From the IMG/VR virus record IMGVR_UViG_3300006922_000083, positions 1-34,116 of that record: a stretch of 34,116 bases of DNA. One strand, 5' to 3'. The translations under genes and the position numbers were made by a program. This document shows, one piece after another, positions 20,234 through 28,750 of the stretch. The stretch is from a virus (lineage: Duplodnaviria > Caudoviricetes). Every line of letters begins with the position of its first letter. Within the stretch, counting starts at the first letter, position 1. The notes beneath the pieces were generated by a model, which had not been told where the DNA came from, did no database searches, and saw nothing but the letters and a program-made list of their open reading frames with translations.

Positions 20234-20460
20234 TGAGTAATGTAATAGACTTTGTAGTTGAGAAAGCTGTACGTCAACGAGGTATATCTAGAGAACTTGC
20301 AAAGCAAATGATAGCTGACGGATTCGATCCGCTTGACCCTAGTGATATAGGCGAACACGGAGACTGGTTTAGCGTCTCTGGTGAACTTGAAATAGAGCAT
20401 ACTTGGACACAGGATGCACTTGATAAGCTATTAAAAGATCTTAAAGATCTTACTGACTAA
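20233..20460 (+). CDS. hypothetical protein
   Basis: TAATG-coupled ORF. Confidence 0.75.
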   Translation: MSNVIDFVVEKAVRQRGISRELAKQMIADGFDPLDPSDIGEHGDWFSVSGELEIEHTWTQDALDKLLKDLKDLTD

Positions 20461-20491
20461 ATACCTATAAAGTAGAAATGGAATAGCTAGA

Positions 20492-21022
20492 ATGGGCGAT
20501 ACGCTTGTTTTAAATGCAGATGCACAGCCTGTTAGTTTCTTACCATTAAGTGTGGTACAATGGAAAGAAGCAGTAATGTATATGTACCACGATAAATGCA
20601 CAGTACTCGACTGGTATGATGATTGGGTTGTCCGATCTCCTAGTTGGGAAACAAGAGTGCCAGCAGTTATTATGCTGAAAGATTTTATGCACAAAACACG
20701 TAGACCCCGATTTAGCAAAAACAATTTGTATTTGCGAGATTTATATGAGTGTGGCTACTGTGGTGAAAGACATCTGAAAAGTGAACTTACAATGGACCAT
20801 GTCACGCCTGTATCAAAAGGCGGCAGGACATCCTGGACCAATTGTATTACAGCATGTAAATCCTGTAACTGGAGTAAAAGTGATAAAGTAGGACCAAATT
20901 GGCGCCCACTATATAAACCTTACCAACCAGGATATTACGAACTTGTACGTAAACGTAAGCAATTAGATTTTGCAGTGCGACATCCAAGCTGGTATCAGTG
21001 GCTTGATTTACAAAATACTTAA
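20492..21022 (+). CDS. HNH endonuclease
   Basis: LVLNAD, RDLYECGYCG, TMDHVTPVSKGG, WTNCITACKSCN. Confidence 0.92.
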   Translation: MGDTLVLNADAQPVSFLPLSVVQWKEAVMYMYHDKCTVLDWYDDWVVRSPSWETRVPAVIMLKDFMHKTRRPRFSKNNLYLRDLYECGYCGERHLKSELTMDHVTPVSKGGRTSWTNCITACKSCNWSKSDKVGPNWRPLYKPYQPGYYELVRKRKQLDFAVRHPSWYQWLDLQNT

Positions 21023-21029
21023 AAACTTC

Positions 21030-21058
21030 TTGACAACTTATAACATTTATGTTAGTAT
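21030..21058 (+). promoter_or_regulatory. sigma70-type promoter
   Basis: TTGACA-17nt-TAGTAT. Confidence 0.65.
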
Positions 21059-21125
21059 GGTGAAGTTGTGTGACTGTTCACACACCGGGAGACATAACCC
21101 GTAAAACCTAAAAGGAGATAAAACT

Positions 21126-21356
21126 ATGGATATTCTTAAAAAGATTAAAGGATGGGCTGCTGGCCTAACAGATGTAGGTCTTTCAATTGTAGCATTATTG
21201 CTAGTTGTTGAACTACTAGGATTGGGAGCAATTCCGTTCTTCCCAGAAACAAGTGTAGTAGCAAACGTATCGGCGATGCTAGGCACACTAAGCGCAGAAG
21301 GCCTAATGGGCTTGATTGCTATCTGGGTACTATATGCTATTTGGAATAGAAAATAG
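21126..21356 (+). CDS. small membrane protein
   Basis: AAGGAG SD; two hydrophobic helices. Confidence 0.85.
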   Translation: MDILKKIKGWAAGLTDVGLSIVALLLVVELLGLGAIPFFPETSVVANVSAMLGTLSAEGLMGLIAIWVLYAIWNRK

Positions 21357-21391
21357 GCAGGCTTTAATTTAAAAAAAATTATAACCTATTG

Positions 21392-21420
21392 AAAACGCAG
21401 GAAACCTTTTCTGCGTTTTT
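21392..21420 (+). terminator. intrinsic terminator
   Basis: AAAACGCAG...CTGCGTTTTT hairpin. Confidence 0.65.
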
Positions 21421-21474
21421 GCTTGACACCAAGACGTATTGGTGCTATATTGTATGTATAAGTTAAACAAAAGG
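21421..21474 (+). promoter_or_regulatory. repeated early promoter, copy 1
   Basis: TTGACA-CCAAGACGTATTGGTGC-TATATT; near-identical to copy 2. Confidence 0.85.
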
Positions 21475-21482
21475 AACTATAC

Positions 21483-21725
21483 ATGTCAAATTATGCAACA
21501 TTAACAGAATCAATTAACACTGCAACTTTCGATTCAGACAACTGGAATGCTGATGGTAGCATTAACTGGAGTTTTGTTGATGCAGATGCATATGCTGATT
21601 GTTTTGATATGTATAAAAACACTGAAGCATTTTACAATGACTTTAATGAAATCGTAAACAGTATAATTGCTGAAATGCGTGAAGAAGCAGACGCAGAAGC
21701 ACGTTTTGAAATAGCAACTTCTTAA
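21483..21725 (+). CDS. small acidic hypothetical protein
   Basis: AAGGA SD; directly behind the promoter. Confidence 0.8.
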   Translation: MSNYATLTESINTATFDSDNWNADGSINWSFVDADAYADCFDMYKNTEAFYNDFNEIVNSIIAEMREEADAEARFEIATS

Positions 21726-21741
21726 TAGGAGAATAGGTACT

Positions 21742-21936
21742 ATGCATACTAAAAAAGAATATGTATTCGACAATGAATCAGATGCACAAACATTTGCAGA
21801 TGAAAGACGTGTACCATATGATCCAAGTGCAGACGTATATGTAGGTGGACCATTTTATCGTGACGGTGTTCCAAAGTATGACTTTCAAGAACAAGAAGAA
21901 CCTTATTGGGCTGTTACTGTAGAAATTTACAAATAA
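21742..21936 (+). CDS. hypothetical protein
   Basis: AGGAG SD. Confidence 0.78.
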   Translation: MHTKKEYVFDNESDAQTFADERRVPYDPSADVYVGGPFYRDGVPKYDFQEQEEPYWAVTVEIYK

Positions 21937-21938
21937 AG

Positions 21939-21994
21939 GCTTGACACCAAGACGTATTGGTGTTAAAATAGCAGTATAAGTTAACAAAACAGGA
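21939..21994 (+). promoter_or_regulatory. repeated early promoter, copy 2
   Basis: TTGACA-CCAAGACGTATTGGTGT-TAAAAT. Confidence 0.85.
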
Positions 21995-22001
21995 GTCAAT
22001 T

Positions 22002-22322
22002 ATGCAAGTAGCAGTTATCCACAAAGCGTTCGAAGATACCCCACGTACAGTAGCATTTGTTACGGTTCCTGATGGAACAGTTCATGAAGAAGCATTAGAG
22101 TATGCATACCGTTGGACTAACAATGTAATGGGTTCGTGGTCAATTAAAGAAGAAACTTTCTCAAACGGAGAAGCAAACGGCGACTTTAATGAAAATGTTA
22201 CACGTATGGCACCACTACATGAAGGTGGTATGGGATTACGTTCAACATCAATGGGCGACCAGATGCTTGTTGGCAATAAGAAATATGAAGTCGCAATGTG
22301 CGGCTTTGAAGAGGTAGCTTAA
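22002..22322 (+). CDS. hypothetical protein
   Basis: AGGAG SD; contains RSTSMGD motif. Confidence 0.82.
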   Translation: MQVAVIHKAFEDTPRTVAFVTVPDGTVHEEALEYAYRWTNNVMGSWSIKEETFSNGEANGDFNENVTRMAPLHEGGMGLRSTSMGDQMLVGNKKYEVAMCGFEEVA

Positions 22323-22519
22323 TGCTTAGAATTTTTAACAGTGCATACTATACAGATACTGGTGCAGAACGTCTAATACCTTTAGAAGAAGCCAGTATTA
22401 TAGAACAAAAAATAGATGCAAGGGGCCGTCCTTTTATATTCTTTGAGCATAAAGATTATCCATTGGGTGGTCTTCGTGCTTGGTATGACGGCACTTATTG
22501 GCAATGTGATTTGGATTAG
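22322..22519 (+). CDS. hypothetical protein
   Basis: TAATG coupling, GAGG SD. Confidence 0.78.
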   Translation: MLRIFNSAYYTDTGAERLIPLEEASIIEQKIDARGRPFIFFEHKDYPLGGLRAWYDGTYWQCDLD

Positions 22520-22528
22520 GAGTAAACG

Positions 22529-22792
22529 ATGAGTAATATAGATGAACAGTTACCAATAGATATTGTTAATGAGCTTGGAGAAAACGTTACGTATGACCAA
22601 ACACATGGTTATCCATATGATCGTGGTGGTGCTGACAGTTACTATGGACGAGAGTTTGATCCACATTACTGGCCAGAAGGAACTGGAGTGGGGGTACGTG
22701 TTGAAATGAAAGACATGACTCCACTAGATATTACTGCTTATACTAAAGGCTATAATGATAATGAAGATGCCGGTATGTTTAAAGAGTGGTAA
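22529..22792 (+). CDS. hypothetical protein
   Basis: AGGAG SD; HGYPYDRGGADSYYGR motif. Confidence 0.82.
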   Translation: MSNIDEQLPIDIVNELGENVTYDQTHGYPYDRGGADSYYGREFDPHYWPEGTGVGVRVEMKDMTPLDITAYTKGYNDNEDAGMFKEW

Positions 22793-22800
22793 TTTATTAC

Positions 22801-22829
22801 TTGACAAATGTAGTTATAATCTATATATT
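22801..22829 (+). promoter_or_regulatory. sigma70-type promoter
   Basis: TTGACA-17nt-TATATT. Confidence 0.7.
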
Positions 22830-22850
22830 GTTGAGTAAGGAGTGTTTATT

Positions 22851-23075
22851 ATGGCTACGTTTGAAATTGAAACAATTGAATACAACAAACATGGAAGTGT
22901 TAAAAAAGAGTGTGAACTATTTGGTAGTAAAAAAGAAGCTATCAATCACATGAGAAAGAAAATTAAAGATCGTCACGGCTTACTACAACGAGGTGAGATT
23001 AAAGACGGCGAAGTTAAACTTTTAGATGAACGAGGAACTGTTCGACAGGAAATTAAATTCGGACAGTTACTTTAA
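22851..23075 (+). CDS. hypothetical protein
   Basis: AAGGAG SD 8 nt before ATG 22851. Confidence 0.78.
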   Translation: MATFEIETIEYNKHGSVKKECELFGSKKEAINHMRKKIKDRHGLLQRGEIKDGEVKLLDERGTVRQEIKFGQLL

Positions 23076-23093
23076 CCTTAAGAGGCAAGCAGA

Positions 23094-23591
23094 ATGAAAA
23101 AACTTATCATGGCAGCTATGTTGTTTTTTGCGGCTACTCCAGCACCAGCATTAGCAACAGACTTTGATCTAATTGACGAATTTCCTGAAGTGCATTGTTT
23201 GGCACTTAATGTTTACTACGAGGCACGTGGTAGTAACCTAGCAGATAAAGCAGGAGTGGCAGATGTAGTAATTAATCGTGTAAATGACTCACGTTATCCA
23301 GACACAGTTTGTGGTGTAGTCAAGCAAGGTTTACAAGATGCTAACGGAAACATGCGTCGAAACAAGTGTCAGTTCAGTTGGTATTGTGACGGAAAACATG
23401 ACAGGCCACAGGATGAAGATCGTTGGGCAGAAGCACAAATGATTGCTTGGAACATGTATGAGTTTTATAAGTTTAGAGGTATTACAGAAGGTGCCACACA
23501 TTATCATGCTACATATGTAGAACCGCAGTGGGCATCATCATTACAGTTGGTAGGACGTATTGGTGCGCATATCTTTTATCGTTGGGAGTAA
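23094..23591 (+). CDS. cell wall hydrolase (SleB / Hydrolase_2 family) with signal peptide
   Basis: CLALNVYYEARG, VVINRV, YPDTVCGVV, CQFSWYCDG, ATHYHA, IGAHIFY. Confidence 0.93.
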   Translation: MKKLIMAAMLFFAATPAPALATDFDLIDEFPEVHCLALNVYYEARGSNLADKAGVADVVINRVNDSRYPDTVCGVVKQGLQDANGNMRRNKCQFSWYCDGKHDRPQDEDRWAEAQMIAWNMYEFYKFRGITEGATHYHATYVEPQWASSLQLVGRIGAHIFYRWE

Positions 23592-23609
23592 GAATGTATA
23601 AATATATGT

Positions 23610-24305
23610 ATGAAAATAAACGAAGTTATATCAATACCACTTGATGAGGGTCCAAATGACCCTCATATTTTTAAAGCGGTGTTTATGGCCGGTGGACCAG
23701 GATCTGGAAAGTCTTATGTGGCTAGAAAGATGCTTGCCGCTACTGGCCTTAAACCTGTCAATAGTGATGAGATTTATGAATACCTAGCAAATAAAAAAGA
23801 ATTGGATCTTGGAGATCCAGCGGTTGTTGGTAGTCCAGATGGACAAGCAGTACGTAACAGAGCTAAAGATCTTACAAACAAAAGACTTACTGGTTATCTG
23901 CACGGAAGACTAGGTGTTATTATTGATGGTACAGGTAAAGATGTTGCTAAAGTAAAAAAAGATAGCGACAGATTAAAGTCATTGGGATACGAAACAATGA
24001 TGATTATGGTAAACACAAGTCAAGAAGTAGCACAAGAACGTAATAAGCAACGTGCTAGAAGTATTCCAGCTGAAATGGTTTCCAATATGTGGAAGCAAGT
24101 TCAAGATAACTTAATGCAATTTCAGCAAGTTTTTGGTGCAGCAAACTTCCACGTAGTTGATAACAGTGGGGGTCAAGAAAACCCAGACCGTGAGCAAAAC
24201 TTTAATCAAGTATTCACAAATGTACAAAAGTTTTTAAATAGTCCACCACGTTCAAGAACAGCTCAAGCGTGGCTGGCCAGTATGAAACCAGGCCAGGACA
24301 AGTAA
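23610..24305 (+). CDS. P-loop kinase (zeta toxin / polynucleotide kinase-like)
   Basis: AGGPGSGKS, VNSDE, IIDGTG, RNKQRAR lid. Confidence 0.8.
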   Translation: MKINEVISIPLDEGPNDPHIFKAVFMAGGPGSGKSYVARKMLAATGLKPVNSDEIYEYLANKKELDLGDPAVVGSPDGQAVRNRAKDLTNKRLTGYLHGRLGVIIDGTGKDVAKVKKDSDRLKSLGYETMMIMVNTSQEVAQERNKQRARSIPAEMVSNMWKQVQDNLMQFQQVFGAANFHVVDNSGGQENPDREQNFNQVFTNVQKFLNSPPRSRTAQAWLASMKPGQDK

Positions 24306-24306
24306 T

Positions 24307-24654
24307 ATGTACGAATACAAGTGTATAACAATACGGGTTATTGATGGCAGTACAATCGATGCCGAAGTAGATTTAGGATTTAATGTATTAGTACGTCAAC
24401 GTATTAAATTACATGGTGTAAATGCTCCTGATGTCAGAAGTGCTGACCCAGCCGTAAAAATAAAAGCGCAACAAGCAAGAACAAGACTTAGTGAGCTTAT
24501 AGGAAAAGAGTTCTATTGCAATACAATAATGAACAAACGTGGCAAGGCAGGCAGAACACTTGGGCATGTATATGTTATAGACACAAATGAAAATCGTATC
24601 GATATAAATCAAACACTTATTAGTGAAGGCCTCGCCGCACGATACGGAGATTAA
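24307..24654 (+). CDS. SNase/thermonuclease-like protein
   Basis: RVIDGSTI, RIKLHGVNAPD, KAGRTLG, INQTLISEGLA. Confidence 0.8.
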   Translation: MYEYKCITIRVIDGSTIDAEVDLGFNVLVRQRIKLHGVNAPDVRSADPAVKIKAQQARTRLSELIGKEFYCNTIMNKRGKAGRTLGHVYVIDTNENRIDINQTLISEGLAARYGD

Positions 24655-24658
24655 AACT

Positions 24659-26770
24659 ATGCTATTTGGAATTTTAACATTATTGGTAGCTCTCACCATC
24701 AGTGGTGTCGCTATATATTATTCAGTTGCAGGATTGGTAGCAATCTTTGCCGCCGCCGCTATACCTATTATAATTATGGGTGGTGCACTGGAAATAGGTA
24801 AATTGGTAGCGGCTGTTTGGTTACACCGTTATTGGGATAAAGCACGTTGGTGGTTAAGATTATATCTAGCTGTTGCAGTACTTGTACTCATGTTTATTAC
24901 AAGCATGGGCATCTTTGGTTTCCTATCAAAAGCACACATTGAACAAACTAGTGCGGCAACTGAGCAAGTTGCTACAATACAAAGATACAATGATGAGATT
25001 GGCAGAGAGCAAGAAATTATTGCCAGAGCAGAACAACGTATTGCTAAAGCAGAAACTGATGCAACTGCTGAAGATGTCGGTATACAAGAAAAAATAGACA
25101 AAGAACAACAGCGTATTGATAGTGCATACACAAGACGCCAGCCTAGTATACTTGAACAATTAGATATCATTGAAGCACAGGAACTTGCACTTGATGAAAG
25201 AGTTGCAGTATTTGAAGATGAGATTACTAGTTTAGATACAGAAATAAGCAGGCTAAATGGTCTAGTTTCTGAATACAGAACTGAACTTTCTAATACAAGT
25301 GTTGCTAGTGTTGAAGAACAAATACAACCTTATCGTGATCAAATAACACAACTTGATTCTGACATTGCTAGATTGGATGAACAAGCAGCATCATATGAAG
25401 TTCGCATTAGTGATCTAGTACCAGATTACAGTGCAGTTGATACACTTAAAGATCAGATTACTGCAATTGAACAAAGTATAGTTGTAACTACAAATAAATT
25501 ACAAAGTACAGAACGAGCTAAAGTTAAAGAAGGACAAGCTGTAATAGGTGTTACTAGTGATGGATTATTTGGTAGTAATACAACTCGTGCATTAAATGCT
25601 TGGGTAACAGCACAACAAGCTCGTATTGCAGACTTACAGTCACAAGAAACAGAACTAAGAGCACAAGCACAATTAGTTATTAGTACTGAGCGAACTCGTT
25701 TAACTGGACTAGTTACTGGATTACGTGGAACACAAACTGAAAGTGTACAACAACGTAAGCAAGGGTTATTGGACACAATTGACACAATACGAACAGATGC
25801 GGCTAGTAATTTACAAACTGCACGTAGTAATATACAAACAAAGATAGATTTAGTACTGGATACAGATATACCTGCTGTTAGAGATCAACGCAAACTAGCA
25901 CAAGAAAGTATCACACAGTTACGTAATTCACCAGATCGTAAAATTGAAAATGCACAAGCAGAAATGGCTAGACTACGTGAACTGGCAGAAGCAGAAATCG
26001 CACAGTCACAAAGTGTTATTGAACGTCTAAGAAACGAAATACAAATAGGCGATGATGTAGATTTAGACGTATTAACTGACGCACAGTTAGCTAGAATTAA
26101 AACAGCAAACGATAATATTGATCGTATTACCAATCAAAAGTTTGCACTACAAGCAGAAGCTAGAAAACTAGAAGCAGAAGTAGGACCTGTTAAGTATTTG
26201 GCAGAGTTTATATATGAAGATGCAGACCGTACAACACTAGAAGATGCTGTACGTTGGGTAATACTTATTATTATATTTGTATTTGATCCACTGGCAGTTG
26301 CATTACTTATTGCGGCACAGTATATATTTGAATGGCGAAGGGAAGAACGAAATGGTAGAACTACTAAACCTACAAATCGCAGTGTACAAGATGACAATGT
26401 GGAACCTAATGAACGAAATGGAAAAGCCAATGATGAGGCAAGTGTTCCAAAACGGAGCACAGTGGAGACAGTTAAAGAACCAGTTCTTGACAGTGCATCA
26501 GACGAATTGGCCACTCTCTTAGAAAAAGCAGAACCCGAAGTACTAGAGCAAGTAGCAAAAGAACTAGAGGGTTGGGAAAAAACTGCCGCAGGGTCAAGTG
26601 GCATGCCAAATCCAGGCAAAAATAAACTTGACAAAATAGAATATAACCCGTATACTGATACAAGACCAACTAAAGAACTAAACAAAGAGGAACAAACTAT
26701 TCGTGATACAGCATGGCCAGAAGGTTATGATGGGAAACTTGTTCCACCTAAACCGTTTAAAGAGGATTAA
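24659..26770 (+). CDS. membrane-anchored long coiled-coil protein
   Basis: Three N-terminal TM helices, long coiled coil, C-terminal TM (IIFVFDPLAV). Confidence 0.85.
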   Translation: MLFGILTLLVALTISGVAIYYSVAGLVAIFAAAAIPIIIMGGALEIGKLVAAVWLHRYWDKARWWLRLYLAVAVLVLMFITSMGIFGFLSKAHIEQTSAATEQVATIQRYNDEIGREQEIIARAEQRIAKAETDATAEDVGIQEKIDKEQQRIDSAYTRRQPSILEQLDIIEAQELALDERVAVFEDEITSLDTEISRLNGLVSEYRTELSNTSVASVEEQIQPYRDQITQLDSDIARLDEQAASYEVRISDLVPDYSAVDTLKDQITAIEQSIVVTTNKLQSTERAKVKEGQAVIGVTSDGLFGSNTTRALNAWVTAQQARIADLQSQETELRAQAQLVISTERTRLTGLVTGLRGTQTESVQQRKQGLLDTIDTIRTDAASNLQTARSNIQTKIDLVLDTDIPAVRDQRKLAQESITQLRNSPDRKIENAQAEMARLRELAEAEIAQSQSVIERLRNEIQIGDDVDLDVLTDAQLARIKTANDNIDRITNQKFALQAEARKLEAEVGPVKYLAEFIYEDADRTTLEDAVRWVILIIIFVFDPLAVALLIAAQYIFEWRREERNGRTTKPTNRSVQDDNVEPNERNGKANDEASVPKRSTVETVKEPVLDSASDELATLLEKAEPEVLEQVAKELEGWEKTAAGSSGMPNPGKNKLDKIEYNPYTDTRPTKELNKEEQTIRDTAWPEGYDGKLVPPKPFKED
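26628..26656 (+). promoter_or_regulatory. intragenic sigma70-type promoter upstream of the IF3/bS21 genes
   Basis: TTGACA-17nt-TATACT. Confidence 0.6.
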
Positions 26771-26779
26771 GTATACCCT

Positions 26780-27217
26780 ATGAGGGAAAACAGTATATAC
26801 CATATCACCCCACCTGATATGAAATTATTAGATGCGGGACCAATTATTACAGTACTAACACATGATAACCAATTTTTAGATGACATTGAAAGACTACATG
26901 AAAATATGTATAAAAGTGTACCTGTGGTTATATATCACGCTAACGGCCCCATCAATGATAACAACATTGCTTGGATGGTAAGTGTTATGCGACTTAGCGA
27001 TAACGTTTTTGTCGATCTAGACACAGTTACACAAACAGAACTAGTTGCAAGTTTAATGAACGAATCTAACGTGACTTACTTCAGCTACAAAAACCGCCAG
27101 CCTGACATATTGAAACTATTCAATACTAGGGAAGGATATACAGTATACGAAAATACTGATCAGTTTTCCATGATGGCACAACATGAATATTCAAATAGGA
27201 GGAATAATGATTACTAA
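26780..27217 (+). CDS. hypothetical protein
   Basis: 145-aa ORF. Confidence 0.8.
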   Translation: MRENSIYHITPPDMKLLDAGPIITVLTHDNQFLDDIERLHENMYKSVPVVIYHANGPINDNNIAWMVSVMRLSDNVFVDLDTVTQTELVASLMNESNVTYFSYKNRQPDILKLFNTREGYTVYENTDQFSMMAQHEYSNRRNNDY

Positions 27218-27222
27218 TCAAT

Positions 27223-27768
27223 ATGCAGGAACATATGAGAAAGTTTAACAAACCAGAACCACGAACCCCCATTAACGCTCAGATACGTTATAACGAACTG
27301 AGAGTAGTTGACGAAAAAGGTCAACTGGGTGTAATGCACAAAAATCAAGCAATTAAAATTGCCGAGAGTAGAGGATTAGATTTAGTAGTAATAACTGAAT
27401 CTGCAAGACCTCCTGTCGCAAAGATTTTAGATGCGAATAAATATCTCTATGAACAAAAGCGGCGTGAAAAAGAACAAGCTAGAAAGCAACGTGAAAGCCG
27501 CATTGAGATCAAAGAGATCCAATTCAGACCTGGTATTGGTGATCATGACTTCGATACAAAATTAAAAAACATTGAAAAGTTTCTTTCAAAGGGAAACAAA
27601 GTTAAACTTATGGTACGTTTCAAAGGTCGGGAAAATGCCAATAAGCACTTGGGCTTTGATATACTTAATCGTGTAGCAGAGACACTTGAGGAAGTAGAAT
27701 GGGATGCAAAGCCTAGCTTAAACGGAAACCGACTTATAGGGATATTGAAACGAGGTAAAAATGGATAG
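27223..27768 (+). CDS. infC: translation initiation factor IF3
   Basis: INAQIR...GLDLVVI...PPVAKILD..KYLYE; KEIQFRPGIGDHDFDTK, GNKVKL, FKGRE; start is 27223 or 27235. Confidence 0.95.
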   Translation: MQEHMRKFNKPEPRTPINAQIRYNELRVVDEKGQLGVMHKNQAIKIAESRGLDLVVITESARPPVAKILDANKYLYEQKRREKEQARKQRESRIEIKEIQFRPGIGDHDFDTKLKNIEKFLSKGNKVKLMVRFKGRENANKHLGFDILNRVAETLEEVEWDAKPSLNGNRLIGILKRGKNG

Positions 27769-28009
27769 ACGACAAAAAAGATTTAATAATAATAATAAAT
27801 TTGAGGCTAAAGGCCTACACGTAGAAGTACACAACAATGATGTTAGTCGTGCACTGCGTAAACTAAAGAAAATGGTTAACAACGATGGCTTACTTAAAGA
27901 GCTACGTGATCGTGAATACTACGAGAAGCCCAGTCTAAAGCGCAAGAAAGCAAAGGCGGCTGCCCGTAAGCGGTGGTTAAAACAACAAGAAAAAAATACC
28001 AATAGATAG
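27761..28009 (+). CDS. rpsU: 30S ribosomal protein bS21
   Basis: ALRKLKK...GLLKELRDREYYEKPSLKRKKAKAAARKR. Confidence 0.93.
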   Translation: MDRRQKRFNNNNKFEAKGLHVEVHNNDVSRALRKLKKMVNNDGLLKELRDREYYEKPSLKRKKAKAAARKRWLKQQEKNTNR

Positions 28010-28010
28010 C

Positions 28011-28039
28011 TTGACAAACAGTACCGTATGTATTATATT
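28011..28039 (+). promoter_or_regulatory. sigma70-type promoter
   Basis: TTGACA-17nt-TATATT. Confidence 0.7.
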
Positions 28040-28176
28040 AGTATTACGATAAGAACTGCCACTCAATGCGCAAAAGCGTCAAGTGAGCATGATAAGAAAT
28101 ACAAATACAGAACTACGGGTTGCTACGAAATAAGCACGTGGTAGGCAATGGTTAGCCTACCGACACATAAATAACA

Positions 28177-28233
28177 GTGGATGCCAATTATGGGTCCGCA
28201 AATTAACATCTTGCTTAACAAAGGAGATATAAG
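28177..28233 (+). promoter_or_regulatory. ROSE-like RNA thermometer in the hsp20 5'UTR
   Basis: ATCTTGCTT-AACA-AAGGAGAT hairpin sequesters the SD with a bulged G (UUGCU motif); a second hairpin lies at 28177-28199. Confidence 0.7.
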
Positions 28234-28677
28234 ATGAATAGATTAACAACGATTGACTTAAATAAACTCACCCCCCACAGTGTTGGACTAGAAAGAATGT
28301 TTAACGACATGTTTAGATATGTTGAACATCCGCAAAACGCTGGATACCCACCATATAATATTGTGCAGGACGGTGAACGTTTCCAAATTGAAATGGCCCT
28401 TGCTGGTGTACAAATGGATGACGTTAATATTGAAGTCGCTGATGGAGTATTAACCGTTACTCATGACCCAGTAGAAATTACAGACAAACCTGAATCTGCT
28501 GTTAGATGGGTGCACAAAGGTATTGCACAACGTAAGTTTGACCGTAGCTTTACCCTTGCAGATGATGTAGTGGTACAGGGTGCGAGGATGGAAAACGGCA
28601 TGTTATACATAGAACTTGAGCGTATCATCCCAGAAGAAAAGAAACCTAGGAAAATAGAAATTTCATACGCAGGTTAA
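28234..28677 (+). CDS. small heat shock protein (Hsp20, IbpA-like)
   Basis: YPPYNI, IEMALAG, HKGIAQRKFDRSFTLAD, MENGMLYIEL, PEEKKPRKIEI. Confidence 0.95.
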   Translation: MNRLTTIDLNKLTPHSVGLERMFNDMFRYVEHPQNAGYPPYNIVQDGERFQIEMALAGVQMDDVNIEVADGVLTVTHDPVEITDKPESAVRWVHKGIAQRKFDRSFTLADDVVVQGARMENGMLYIELERIIPEEKKPRKIEISYAG

Positions 28678-28689
28678 TACAACAAATAT

Positions 28690-28716
28690 AAAAGGGGTGG
28701 TAACCTACCCCTTTTT
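28690..28716 (+). terminator. intrinsic terminator
   Basis: AAAAGGGGTGG...CTACCCCTTTTT. Confidence 0.75.
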
Positions 28717-28750
28717 ACTCTCAACAATTTAGTATAGTTTAGGTAAAGTA

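Noticed and set aside
23610-24305. Zeta toxin-antitoxin module
   Set aside because: No adjacent antitoxin-like gene; only generic P-loop kinase motifs are supportable
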